A stretch of 64,000 bases of DNA from Cryomorphaceae bacterium BACL11 MAG-121001-bin54 (lineage in GTDB: Bacteria > Bacteroidota > Bacteroidia > Flavobacteriales > BACL11), in assembly GCA_905182255.1 (NCBI GenBank), contig CAJJAH010000007.1, forward strand, positions 14,532 through 78,531, written 5' to 3'. Within the stretch, counting starts at the first letter, position 1. Each line of letters starts with the position of its first letter. The translations under genes and the position numbers were made by a program. This document shows, piece after piece, positions 37,489 through 47,579 of this stretch. Under the pieces are notes generated by a model. The model saw only the letters and a list, made by a program, of their open reading frames with translations. It was not told the origin of the DNA and searched no databases.

Positions 37489-38787
37489 ATGAAAAAAATC
37501 CTTTTTACACTATTTTTCGCTACGCTATACTTTAATAGTATTGGTCAGTGTGACCCTCCTATTAATGTTTTTAATTCTAATATAAATTTTTATAATGCTG
37601 ATGTAAATTGGAATTACCAAGTAAATATTAATAAATATAAAATACGTTATAAAATAGTTGGGACAACATCTTGGTCTTACAAAAACAATATTGACTCTAA
37701 CGCAGTAACAAAAAATTTAAATAACTTAACGCCACTAAATTTTTACCTTTGGCAAATTAGGAGTTATTGTGACACAACAAATACAAACTACTCTCAATGG
37801 TCGATTGCAGATACGTTTTATACAAGTACAATCAATTGCCCAAGCATTACAGGACAATTTACAAATAATATAAACTACAATAACGCAACATCAAACTGGA
37901 CAATAAATGCTAATGCTAATAGGTACAAAATTCGCTATAAGATATTTGGAACAACATCATGGTCATTTTCAGGACCAATTTACCACCCTATAAACAACGA
38001 GACAATACCTCTACTTCAACAAAATACAACATATGAGTGGGAGGTTATGGCTTACTATGATTCTACTACTCAATCCGCATCCTTATGGTCTATGCCAGAC
38101 ACCTTTTCAACGTCGTTGTTTATAAGCTCAATGTTTGACCCTATCATATCAAACAGTATTGATAACCCTATTTGTAACAGTCCAACAAATCTGACTCTAT
38201 TTGCAAGTCAATCAATGAATGAGCCAGATATAGAAACAACAACTATAACATCAGATGGCGGTTATTTTGATATTCAAACGTTATCAATGGGAGACTCTGT
38301 AGGATACGCTACAATGGCGCTCACTACACAAACAATATCAACAATACTAAAAGTGGGTATTATCGCAGGACAAAACTACGCTCTAATTAACTCATATGAC
38401 AGCACGGGTAGTATAATAGGATTTTTTTCTGTAGAAAACTTAAGTACGGGTATAAAAATAAGCTCGACATCACCAAATGACGGAAACAATTATACGACTG
38501 GATTTACAAGCGAAATACATTTAACAAATCTTTTTGTTAATCCAAATATTGACGGGCCATTAAATTTTTATACTGAAATTGAATCCGAGCTTAATGATCA
38601 ATTTAATGATACCGCAACAGTAATGGTTAATTGTATTAGCAATGTATCGGAAAACAATAGTACACAAGAATTGAACTTTGAAATTTATGACCTACTTGGT
38701 AGAAAAACAAAGTTTAAAGAAAATTCAATACTTTTATACAAATACATGAACGGGAAAGTAAAAAAAATTAATACGCAAAAAAAATAG
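37489..38787 (+). CDS. secreted protein with two FN3-like repeats and possible T9SS C-terminal tail
   Basis: Signal peptide. Two roughly 93-aa repeats sharing NxNxYKIRYKIxGTTSWS...W(S)xxDTFxTS. C-terminal NFEIYDLLGRKTKF resembles a type A sorting-domain strand, but YPNP is missing. Confidence 0.5.
   Translation: MKKILFTLFFATLYFNSIGQCDPPINVFNSNINFYNADVNWNYQVNINKYKIRYKIVGTTSWSYKNNIDSNAVTKNLNNLTPLNFYLWQIRSYCDTTNTNYSQWSIADTFYTSTINCPSITGQFTNNINYNNATSNWTINANANRYKIRYKIFGTTSWSFSGPIYHPINNETIPLLQQNTTYEWEVMAYYDSTTQSASLWSMPDTFSTSLFISSMFDPIISNSIDNPICNSPTNLTLFASQSMNEPDIETTTITSDGGYFDIQTLSMGDSVGYATMALTTQTISTILKVGIIAGQNYALINSYDSTGSIIGFFSVENLSTGIKISSTSPNDGNNYTTGFTSEIHLTNLFVNPNIDGPLNFYTEIESELNDQFNDTATVMVNCISNVSENNSTQELNFEIYDLLGRKTKFKENSILLYKYMNGKVKKINTQKK
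37549..38115 (+). repeat. intragenic duplication encoding two FN3-like modules
   Basis: Module 1 is 37549-37827 and module 2 is 37837-38115. They share Cys start, YKIRYKI-GTTSWS core and W-x-x-DTF-TS end. Confidence 0.7.
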
Positions 38788-38861
38788 TGACCTAGGAGGG
38801 ACTCGAACCCCCAACCGTCAGAGCCGAAATCTGATATTCTATCCAATTGAACTACTAGGCC
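38788..38861 (-). tRNA. tRNA-Arg (anticodon UCG)
   Basis: Hand-folded cloverleaf of 74 nt. 7-bp acceptor stem (two G-U), 4-bp D stem with GG loop, anticodon stem TCAGA/TCTGA with loop TTTCGGC (U33, UCG, G37), T arm GGGGG-TTCGAGT-CCCTC, discriminator A. CCA not encoded. Confidence 0.9.
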
Positions 38862-38868
38862 AATACAA

Positions 38869-38876
38869 CAAAAGTA
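38869..38876 (-). promoter_or_regulatory. -7 promoter box TActTTTG upstream of tRNA-Arg
   Basis: Reverse complement of caaaagta. 7 nt upstream of the mature tRNA 5' end at 38861. Confidence 0.55.
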
Positions 38877-38952
38877 AACTTTAATTAACAATTACAATTT
38901 ATTATCCAATAAGAAGTTTTCTGATTGTATTATAGTATTATTGCTTTAAATT

Positions 38953-41145
38953 ATGAAAAAACTACTCTTATTATTTCTTCCATTAATGATTAACGCACAA
39001 GATGTGCCAATTGGCTATTGGAAGGACTACCAATCCTACTCAAGGGCAAGCTACATAGCAGAAACTGAGAACAAGATTTATTGCGTAACTAATGGTGGAC
39101 TCTTTTACATTAATAAAGAAGACAATACAATAAACAGAAGGTCAAAAATAACAGGATTATCTGATATTGGAGTTAAACAGATTACATACGACCAAGATTC
39201 AAAAATTACGATTATTACTTATGAAAATTGCAATATAGACCTATTAAGAAACAATATAATTGTAAATATTTCTGATGTAAAAAGAAAAGAAATAATTGGG
39301 GAAAAATTAATCAATAACGTAATTATTAAAGAAAAGTTAGCCTACCTATCAAGTACTTTTGGATTGATAGTCGTTGACTTAGAAAATGAAGAAATAAAAG
39401 ACACATATAAAATTGGTCAAAATGGTAATTATTATGGGATAAATAATTGTGCTTTTGACAGCATAAATATTTTAGTAGCATCAGAAGGCGGAGTATATTA
39501 TGCAGACAAAAACTCTTCTACTCTATTTGACTTTAATAGTTGGATTCTAGATACTAATAGAACTGGAAACTATGAAAATATTTTTGTAGTTGAGGATTCC
39601 ATTTGGGTTGGAAATGAAAACTCCTTCTATAATAATAAATCTCTCATTTTATCAACTAATGACACTATATTCAAGTACAATAATTTATTATTAAATACCG
39701 ACACTATAGTGCATAATAAATTAGAAAGTATAAATTATATTTATGTGGACAATGAAGAAAACATGTGGGTAGCAGATGAGAATAATGGCCTATTGAAGTT
39801 TACTAACTCCCAATTTCAAGAACGCTTTGTACCAGAAGGACCTATAAGAAATGATGTTTATAGTCTAGAATATGAAAACAATACGCTGTACATAAGCCAT
39901 GGTGGTCATGCTAACTTTGGGACAAACTCATTTATTAAAGATGGTGTTTCAATAAGAAACAACTCTAATGACTGGATAAATTATGATTACTATACACTTG
40001 GAAATTCAAGAGACGTATTAGAAGTCGCAATAAAAAATGGAAAAGAATATTATGCTTCTTGGTATAACGGTATAGCTGTAATGGAAAGCGGAGAATTAAT
40101 CAAAAATTTTGGTTATGAAAATACAAATGGAATATTAGACACAACATACTATTCGAATAACAGAATAAGAATATCTGACTTAAAATTTGATAGTGATGAT
40201 AATTTATGGGGATTAAGCTCAGAAGTTAACCGCCCATTATTTGTAAAAACAAAAAATGATGAATGGTTCTCGTTTAGCATGAATCAAGATAGAGTAGGAT
40301 TATTTTTTGATGATATAACAATAGATAGAAATAACCTAAAATGGGGAGTAATTGGTCGATCAGGTGGTCTTTTTGTTTATGATGATAATAATACAATTTC
40401 AAATTCAGGTGACGACCAGTACAAGATACTTAAAAATACAGTGGGTCAAGGAAACCTTCCTTCAATGAGAGTTTACTGCATAACAGAAGATCTAGAAGGT
40501 GAAATCTGGGTAGGAACAGATAAAGGAATTGGTATTTTCTACAATCCTTCAGCAATATTTTCAGGCAATAATTTTGATGCCCAACAAGTCTTAATAACAG
40601 AGGGAGAGTACGGCCAATATTTATTAAGTGAAGAAAAAGTAAAATGTATAACTATTGACGGAGCCAACAGAAAATGGATTGGCACTGAAAAATCAGGAGT
40701 TTTTCTAATATCAGATGATGGCATGGAAGAAATTCAGCATTTTACAAGCTATAACAGCCCTTTATTTTCAGATAATATTTATGATATTACAATAAACCCT
40801 TCGAGTGGAGAGGTGTTTATTGGCACCGAAGAGGGACTAATATCTTATCGTTCAGATGCAACAAAAGGATCCGATAAACAGTCTACAGTAAAAGTATTTC
40901 CAAATCCAGTTAGAGAAACATATAATGGCTTAATTGCAATTAACGGCTTAGTTACAAATGCTAACATAAAAATCACTACCATTGACGGGGAATTAGTGTT
41001 TGAAAATTTTGCAAAAGGCGGTCAGGCAAGCTGGAATGGAAAGAATAAAAATGGAGACAGAGTTTCTACTGGTGTATATCTAGTATTCAGTTCTGACGTA
41101 AATGGATTAGAGAAAATAGTAAGTAAGATCTTATTTATTCACTAA
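38953..41145 (+). CDS. T9SS-associated double-propeller protein, PorZ-like, with type A C-terminal sorting domain
   Basis: Signal peptide, repeated two-component-regulator-propeller-like motifs (NMWVADENNGLLKF, IWVGTDKGIGIFY, KWIGTEKSGVFLI, VFIGTEEGLISY), C-terminal VKVFPNPVRE...ILFIH. Confidence 0.55.
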   Translation: MKKLLLLFLPLMINAQDVPIGYWKDYQSYSRASYIAETENKIYCVTNGGLFYINKEDNTINRRSKITGLSDIGVKQITYDQDSKITIITYENCNIDLLRNNIIVNISDVKRKEIIGEKLINNVIIKEKLAYLSSTFGLIVVDLENEEIKDTYKIGQNGNYYGINNCAFDSINILVASEGGVYYADKNSSTLFDFNSWILDTNRTGNYENIFVVEDSIWVGNENSFYNNKSLILSTNDTIFKYNNLLLNTDTIVHNKLESINYIYVDNEENMWVADENNGLLKFTNSQFQERFVPEGPIRNDVYSLEYENNTLYISHGGHANFGTNSFIKDGVSIRNNSNDWINYDYYTLGNSRDVLEVAIKNGKEYYASWYNGIAVMESGELIKNFGYENTNGILDTTYYSNNRIRISDLKFDSDDNLWGLSSEVNRPLFVKTKNDEWFSFSMNQDRVGLFFDDITIDRNNLKWGVIGRSGGLFVYDDNNTISNSGDDQYKILKNTVGQGNLPSMRVYCITEDLEGEIWVGTDKGIGIFYNPSAIFSGNNFDAQQVLITEGEYGQYLLSEEKVKCITIDGANRKWIGTEKSGVFLISDDGMEEIQHFTSYNSPLFSDNIYDITINPSSGEVFIGTEEGLISYRSDATKGSDKQSTVKVFPNPVRETYNGLIAINGLVTNANIKITTIDGELVFENFAKGGQASWNGKNKNGDRVSTGVYLVFSSDVNGLEKIVSKILFIH

Positions 41146-41852
41146 TGAAGTATAAAAGCAGAGCAATTACTCTGAACTATTTAAAACACGGAGAAAGCTC
41201 CATTATTGCAAAAATTTTTACCGAAGAAAAAGGGCTTCAAAATTTTATTGTGAAAGGAGTGAGGTCTAAGAATTCAAAAAAAAAGCTTGGACTTTTTCAA
41301 CCTTTGCAATTACTTAATATTAATGCAAGTCATTTCCCCAAAAAAAACCTGCAATATATTAATGAAATAGCTTTAGAACACGATCAGATTGATGATAAAA
41401 TTGATATGAAAAAAAAATTTATTTTCTTATTCATTGCTGAAGTAGTTTCAAAAGTTTTATTAGAAACCGAAAAAGATAAAGCACTATTCAAATTTATTTG
41501 GGAGTTAAAAAAAACTATAAATAATTTAAAAAAAATTAATCCAAATTTTCCATTAATATTTTTAATTAGTCTTTCAGAATATCTTGGTTTTTCACCCTCT
41601 AAAGATGAAATAAATGGGAAATACTTTAATATGGAGATAGGAGAATTTGTAAATAATAAACACCAGTTAAATTACTATATTGAAAAAGATAATTCATTAC
41701 ACTTAAGGGGATTGCTTGAAAATAAAAATATTGATATTCCATATAAAAATAGAAGTCAAATTTTATTGCAACTAATTCAGTACTATAAGCTACAACATCA
41801 CGAGCTTAAAAATATGACCAGTCACTTAATTATTGAATCGTTAAGAACATGA
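41145..41852 (+). CDS. recO: DNA repair protein RecO
   Basis: N-terminal OB-fold pattern YKSRAITLNYLKHGESSIIAKIFTEEKGLQNFIVKGVRS, 235 aa. TAATG overlap with upstream gene. Confidence 0.75.
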   Translation: MKYKSRAITLNYLKHGESSIIAKIFTEEKGLQNFIVKGVRSKNSKKKLGLFQPLQLLNINASHFPKKNLQYINEIALEHDQIDDKIDMKKKFIFLFIAEVVSKVLLETEKDKALFKFIWELKKTINNLKKINPNFPLIFLISLSEYLGFSPSKDEINGKYFNMEIGEFVNNKHQLNYYIEKDNSLHLRGLLENKNIDIPYKNRSQILLQLIQYYKLQHHELKNMTSHLIIESLRT

Positions 41853-44164
41853 AATATATCGCAATAATGCTCATCTTGATTAGCTCTAAGGTTAGTGCAC
41901 AAAAAATTACCATTAAAGACATCATTACAAAACAAAGGATAGAAGGAGTTAGTATAAGTTCGGGTACTAATAATAATGGGGTTACAAGCGATAGAAATGG
42001 AACAGTCCAACTTGAAATATTCAAAGATGAAGACACTCTGCAAATTAAGCATGTATCATATCAAGAATTTAACGTTACAAAAAAAGATATTCAGAATAAT
42101 ATTATCTATATAGTTGTAAAAACTCATACTTTGGATAACGTTGAAATAAAGGATTCAAAGTTAATTTACTTTAAAGAGGCGTCAGTTTTTACAAAAATTA
42201 ATTCAATTGAAATTGCTAATGTTCAAAGTGCACAGACTAGTGATTTACTAGAAAAGTCTATGGGCTTAAGTATTCAAAAAAGTCAAAATGGAGGAGGGAG
42301 CCCGAACTTAAGAGGGATGGAAGCTAATAGATTATTAATAATTGTTGACGGAATAGCTTTAAATAATACTATTTTTAGAAGTGGGCATCTTCAAAACACA
42401 GCAACAATTAATCCCTTTTTTTTAAATAGTGCTGAAGTGTTATTTGGACCTTCAGCGGCGGCATATGGAAATGGAGCTATGGGTGGTGCAATTATTTTCA
42501 CAACTAAACGCCCTAAAAAGAACGGAGGACAACATTTTGCTCAACAGTTCGAAAGTAGTTCGAAAGCTGTATTCACCTCATTAACAACAAATTATCAGTT
42601 AGGGAGAAGTATTAATATTAGCGGTTTTTCTATAAAGTCTTACGGCGATTTGAAAATGGGAAAGAATAGAAAGCATGGTTTTGTAAATTGGGGAAATGAA
42701 GATAATATAACAGAAAAGAATACTCAAAAAGAAACGGCATATCAACAGGCTGATTTTTTCCATAAAACCCTGTTTCAGATATCAAAAAATAATTTTTTAC
42801 TTTTTAATACACAATTTTCAACATCATCAAATATTAATCGTTTTGATAAATTAAATGACCTAAAAGATGGGTTAAATAAATATCTACACTGGTACTATGG
42901 ACCACAAAAAAGAATACTTCAAAGTGTAAGACTTAAAAACTACAACAACACTATTTTGTCTAATGAGGCTGTGTTTACTGTATCTTTTCAAAAAGTTAAT
43001 GAATCACGACATAAACAAAAGGTAGGAGCTAATTTATTAAGTAGCAGAAATGAATCGCTTCAAATTTTTGATTTGAAAACAGACATTCTAAAACAGATTA
43101 ATAAGTTAAAAATAAACTATGGATTTGACTCAAGATTACAAAAATTAGAATCTACTGCCAACTTATCATCCAGCTACAACACCTACTACAACACTAGCAG
43201 ATATCCTGATGGAGGAACAAATGTCCTAAATAATGCTATATATCTACAGTTAAACTTTCAAGGAATAAAAAAAATAAATTTACTTTTAGGGACTAGGTAT
43301 AATGTTAATTCATTATCCTCTACATTTAAGGATACAGCAACAATAAAATTACCGTTTAAAAAGATCATCGTTGAAAACCATACTTTATCAAACTCAATTC
43401 AAGTCTATTATAAGGTAAACAGTTATTTTACTTTTAATGCCTCAGTTTCAAATGGGTTTAGAAATCCAAATACCGATGATGTTGGTAAAGTTTTCTCAAA
43501 AGATGATATTTCAGTTATATTGCCTAACGATAAATTATCAACTGAAAAGTCTTTTAATTTTGAAAGCGGATTAGTTGTTAAATTAAATAAATTAATTACT
43601 TTTAAATTACAATTATTTCAAACCGAAATTATTGATGCTATTGAAAGAAGGTATGCTCAATTAAATGGAAATGACTCAATCATTTATGATGGTGAAATGA
43701 TGAGGATAATGAAAAATAAAAATATAGGAAGTGCAACTATTAGTGGTATTAATTTTTCTTATAGAATAAGTCTGGCAAAAAAATTCACTAATAATGGGTC
43801 AATAAATATTTTAAGAGGAAAAACAAGTGATAAACTTCCACTAGCTCATATTCCACCCGCAAATATTATAAGTGAATTAAATTATAATTTTAAAAAACAG
43901 TTTATCAGCTTTGGTATACACTACAATGGACTTAAAAAATCTGAAGACTATGATATTTCAGGTGTAGATAATATTGAGGAAGCCACGAAAATTGGAAATC
44001 CATCATGGTGTACCCTTAATTTAAAATACAAAATAAACATTGATAAAAACTTAACTTTTATATCTGGTGTTTATAATATTACAGATATTCATTATAAGAC
44101 TTTTGGATCAGGAATTAGCGCAAGTGGAAGAAATTTTTCTCTATCTTTGCAAGCAAAATTTTAA
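41849..44164 (+). CDS. TonB-dependent receptor
   Basis: Signal peptide, carboxypeptidase-regulatory-like N-domain (ITIKDIITKQRIEGVSI), plug (NLRGMEANRLLIIVDGIALNN), beta-barrel ending in aromatic ...SLQAKF. Confidence 0.85.
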   Translation: MKYIAIMLILISSKVSAQKITIKDIITKQRIEGVSISSGTNNNGVTSDRNGTVQLEIFKDEDTLQIKHVSYQEFNVTKKDIQNNIIYIVVKTHTLDNVEIKDSKLIYFKEASVFTKINSIEIANVQSAQTSDLLEKSMGLSIQKSQNGGGSPNLRGMEANRLLIIVDGIALNNTIFRSGHLQNTATINPFFLNSAEVLFGPSAAAYGNGAMGGAIIFTTKRPKKNGGQHFAQQFESSSKAVFTSLTTNYQLGRSINISGFSIKSYGDLKMGKNRKHGFVNWGNEDNITEKNTQKETAYQQADFFHKTLFQISKNNFLLFNTQFSTSSNINRFDKLNDLKDGLNKYLHWYYGPQKRILQSVRLKNYNNTILSNEAVFTVSFQKVNESRHKQKVGANLLSSRNESLQIFDLKTDILKQINKLKINYGFDSRLQKLESTANLSSSYNTYYNTSRYPDGGTNVLNNAIYLQLNFQGIKKINLLLGTRYNVNSLSSTFKDTATIKLPFKKIIVENHTLSNSIQVYYKVNSYFTFNASVSNGFRNPNTDDVGKVFSKDDISVILPNDKLSTEKSFNFESGLVVKLNKLITFKLQLFQTEIIDAIERRYAQLNGNDSIIYDGEMMRIMKNKNIGSATISGINFSYRISLAKKFTNNGSINILRGKTSDKLPLAHIPPANIISELNYNFKKQFISFGIHYNGLKKSEDYDISGVDNIEEATKIGNPSWCTLNLKYKINIDKNLTFISGVYNITDIHYKTFGSGISASGRNFSLSLQAKF

Positions 44165-44173
44165 ATATTGATT

Positions 44174-46696
44174 ATGAACAGATTACGCTTAACTATTATT
44201 TTTTGCTTTTTTAATATTATTAGCTTTTCTCAAATATGGGAAGATGAGTTATTAAAAACAAATCCAAATCCAACAATTCAAGAAAAAAGTATCGCCTTTG
44301 AAGAATATCGAGCTACACATCCTTACACTAAAGGAAACGGATTTAAACCTTATGCTAGAGAGATGGATTTCATTTTAGAAAGAAGTTCTGAATCGGGAGG
44401 GTTTAAAGCAGATGCTTTGTTTGAGGAATGGGAAAAGATACAAGAGAACAACTCTTATTCAAAAACAATCACCCAATCTAATTGGGTGTCAAAAGGACCA
44501 ATTAATACACCTATAATACTTGCTAATGGGAAAAAAAGAGGTAATGGGAGAGTGAATTGTATTACTTTTGATCCGGTTGATTCACTTGTAATTTGGATAG
44601 GATCCCCAGCGGGCGGATTATGGAAATCAGATGATGGCGGAAGTAATTGGACAACTAACACTGATGGATTACCTGTTATTGGGGTGTCACACATTGCTAT
44701 TGACCCCCATGATAGTCAAATTATGTACATTGTTACTGGTGATGCTTATGCAACTGACACTTACAGTATTGGGGTTTTGAAATCAACTGATGGAGGAACA
44801 ACTTGGAATACTACAGGTTTAAGCTATAATATTGATCAAGAGAAAACAGTAAACAAAGTTATCATCAATCCAAATCATACTGACAGCCTTTATGCTGTCA
44901 CTAATTCCAATATACTAATAAGTACTGATGCAGGAACAAACTGGGTAACTGTTGGGGATATCGGAAGATGGCGTGATATTGAATTTAAACCAAATAACTC
45001 TAATGTAGTATATGCTGCAAAACAATCAAGTGGTGGAAGTAACATCTACCGATCATTAGATGGAGGATTAAATTGGGTAGTAATTAATAGTGGAATTATA
45101 GGCAGCAGGTATCGCCCTTTAATTGCCGTTACACCTGATAATCCTGAAGTAATTTATGCCCTTTTTTCTGCATCTGATTATAGTTTTCATGGGCTCTATA
45201 AATCTTCTAACTCAGGAGATAATTGGATAGTTCAATCAGATTCTCCTAATATTTTAGGAAGAGAAACTGATGGAACTGGATCAGGCGGACAATCCTGGTA
45301 TGATTTAAGCTTAGGTGTAGCAACAAATAATGAAAACCTTGTCTATGTTGGTGGTATTAATATATGGAAATCTGATAATGGAGGGGTTAATTGGGATATA
45401 GATGCTAATAGCGGAAACAACCAGCAACTATATTCATATATGCACGTAGATCAACATGCGTTTGAATTTAACCCTCATACACATGTAGCATATGCAGGTA
45501 ATGATGGAGGTTTTTACAAATACATGGAAAATCTGAATAAATGGGTAGATATTTCTGATGGATTAGAGATATCACAATTTTACAACCTGGGGCTATCACA
45601 ATCTAACCCAAATAGACTAGTTGCTGGAGCACAAGACAATGGAACGGAAATGCTTACAAATAGCACGTGGGACGCCATAATGGGGGGTGATGGAATGGAA
45701 TGTAAAGTAGATCATTATGATGATAATATTATTTATGCAGAATACCAGTATGGTGGCCTAAGGAAATCATATAATGGGGGAAATAACTGGGACAATATAA
45801 AGCCAGTAACTTATGAGGGAGGATGGAATACTCCTTATGAAATGCATAGTATTAACAGTGATATAATTGTTATTGGGTATGATGAAGTTTACCGATCCAC
45901 AAGCGGAGGTGCAGTATGGGACTCTATATCATATAACGTAAGTGGAGGGCAAGCTATTAGGTCAATAGCTTTAGCTCCTTCAGATGAAAACTATATTTAT
46001 GCTGCATCATACAGTAAAATTAAAGTTACGAAAGATGCCGGTCAATCTTGGACTTATATAAAGCCTGGACTAGCGAATACTAATATTACTGATGTTACTG
46101 TATCTAATAGCAACCCAGATAGAGCATGGGTTACTTTCTCTGGATATAATACTACAAATAAAGTTTACGAAACAAATGATGCTGGCAGCAGCTGGGCAAA
46201 TATTTCAGGAAGCAATTTACCTGGGCTTCCTGTAAACTGCATTGTTTATCAAGGCGGTGCTAATGATGATCTATATATAGGAACAGATATTGGCGTTTAT
46301 TATAAAAACAGTAATATGTCAGAATGGATACCTTTTAATGACGGCTTGCCTAATGTTATTATTAAAGAGCTTGAAATACATTACAATAAAGGAACAATTA
46401 GTGCGGCTACTTTCGGAAGAGGAGTTTGGGAAAGTCCATTAAACAATCTATCAACAAGTTTTTCTAATAACGAGGAAATAAATTTTAAGATTTACCCTAA
46501 TCCTGCAGAAGACAAAATAACAATAATAACAAGTCAACAAAACATTAATATAGCTATATTTACAATAACAGGCAAAAAAATTATTGCAACAACAACCAAA
46601 ACAATCAATACGTCTAATTTCGCAAAAGGATGCTACATCATAGAAGTAAAAAGCAAAAATGGATTTTTAAAGAGAGAAAAACTAATTATAAAATAG
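44174..46696 (+). CDS. secreted BNR/Sortilin-VPS10-like beta-propeller protein with T9SS type A C-terminal sorting domain
   Basis: Repeated SxDxGxxW motifs (SDDGGSNW, STDGGTTW, STDAGTNW, SLDGGLNW, SDNGGVNW, TKDAGQSW, TNDAGSSW). C-terminal KIYPNPAEDKITI...GCYIIEV. ATG at 44174 preferred over TTG at 44168. Confidence 0.8.
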   Translation: MNRLRLTIIFCFFNIISFSQIWEDELLKTNPNPTIQEKSIAFEEYRATHPYTKGNGFKPYAREMDFILERSSESGGFKADALFEEWEKIQENNSYSKTITQSNWVSKGPINTPIILANGKKRGNGRVNCITFDPVDSLVIWIGSPAGGLWKSDDGGSNWTTNTDGLPVIGVSHIAIDPHDSQIMYIVTGDAYATDTYSIGVLKSTDGGTTWNTTGLSYNIDQEKTVNKVIINPNHTDSLYAVTNSNILISTDAGTNWVTVGDIGRWRDIEFKPNNSNVVYAAKQSSGGSNIYRSLDGGLNWVVINSGIIGSRYRPLIAVTPDNPEVIYALFSASDYSFHGLYKSSNSGDNWIVQSDSPNILGRETDGTGSGGQSWYDLSLGVATNNENLVYVGGINIWKSDNGGVNWDIDANSGNNQQLYSYMHVDQHAFEFNPHTHVAYAGNDGGFYKYMENLNKWVDISDGLEISQFYNLGLSQSNPNRLVAGAQDNGTEMLTNSTWDAIMGGDGMECKVDHYDDNIIYAEYQYGGLRKSYNGGNNWDNIKPVTYEGGWNTPYEMHSINSDIIVIGYDEVYRSTSGGAVWDSISYNVSGGQAIRSIALAPSDENYIYAASYSKIKVTKDAGQSWTYIKPGLANTNITDVTVSNSNPDRAWVTFSGYNTTNKVYETNDAGSSWANISGSNLPGLPVNCIVYQGGANDDLYIGTDIGVYYKNSNMSEWIPFNDGLPNVIIKELEIHYNKGTISAATFGRGVWESPLNNLSTSFSNNEEINFKIYPNPAEDKITIITSQQNINIAIFTITGKKIIATTTKTINTSNFAKGCYIIEVKSKNGFLKREKLIIK

Positions 46697-47579
46697 CCTC
46701 TAAAGTTTTTATATAATTTCTTTTTCTTTCATTTGGAGCAAAAATAAGGCCAACCGTTACAACTACTTTATTATTAATAAAATAAGTTTTAATTAAAAAA
46801 GGACCCCCCATAAAACCGCTCTTTAATTTCCATAATCCTCTATAAGTACTTTTAGAGTAAATAGGAGGAAACCTATCCTCAATCTTTACATGCTGACCTT
46901 TTTTAGACCCTAGTAGATATTTAACAAAAATACTATCTGTTTTTTCCAATACTTGCTGTTGAATACTAATTGCTTTTGGGTCAAATGAAAAAACAAATAA
47001 ATGTTTAATTTCTTCTTTCTTTTTGGGATTATAAGTGGCCCAAAATAGATTTGTTGTATCCTTAACTATTGTGAACTCTGAAGGTATTAAGGTTTCTATA
47101 TTAAATTGTTCCTTAATGTGATTCTCTTGCGCTTTTTGAGATGATTTTGAAATACTCTTTCTGAGAATCTTAATTTCTCTAGATTCAAAAACTGCCTTTA
47201 CTGTATTTAAGTCTATTAATAATTTATTATTTTCATACTTAAACTCCAACTGAACAACTAGTTGTCCATCAGCCCATTTGTCTTTTTTTGAGCTATTAAG
47301 CGCATTCTCAGCAATAATTATAATATTCTTGTGTGTCCTTAAAATAGACTTAAACTCACTATGATTAACCTGCACCAACTTAAAAGACGACTCATTTTGC
47401 AATAAACCTTCAATAGGAGCGCCAAAAGTTCTCAAAGCAATATCTTTAACATGTTTTTCCCAAAGAAGGTCTTCAACAACAAAAATAACTTCCGATAAAA
47501 TTCCTGTTGAACTTGGCAGGGTCTTTATACCTCCAGAACAAGCACTCAAAAAAAATAAAATTACGATTAAATGTCTCAT
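46686..47579 (-). CDS. DUF4837-like lipoprotein
   Basis: Lipoprotein signal LFFLSAC, 297 aa. Family call from memory of N-terminal pattern. Confidence 0.5.
   Translation of the reverse strand: MRHLIVILFFLSACSGGIKTLPSSTGILSEVIFVVEDLLWEKHVKDIALRTFGAPIEGLLQNESSFKLVQVNHSEFKSILRTHKNIIIIAENALNSSKKDKWADGQLVVQLEFKYENNKLLIDLNTVKAVFESREIKILRKSISKSSQKAQENHIKEQFNIETLIPSEFTIVKDTTNLFWATYNPKKKEEIKHLFVFSFDPKAISIQQQVLEKTDSIFVKYLLGSKKGQHVKIEDRFPPIYSKSTYRGLWKLKSGFMGGPFLIKTYFINNKVVVTVGLIFAPNERKRNYIKTLEAIL

Noticed and set aside
38788-38861. tRNA-Arg as an integration hotspot marking a genomic island.
   Set aside because: There is no integrase, no direct repeat of the tRNA 3' end that I can find nearby, and no mobility genes on either side.
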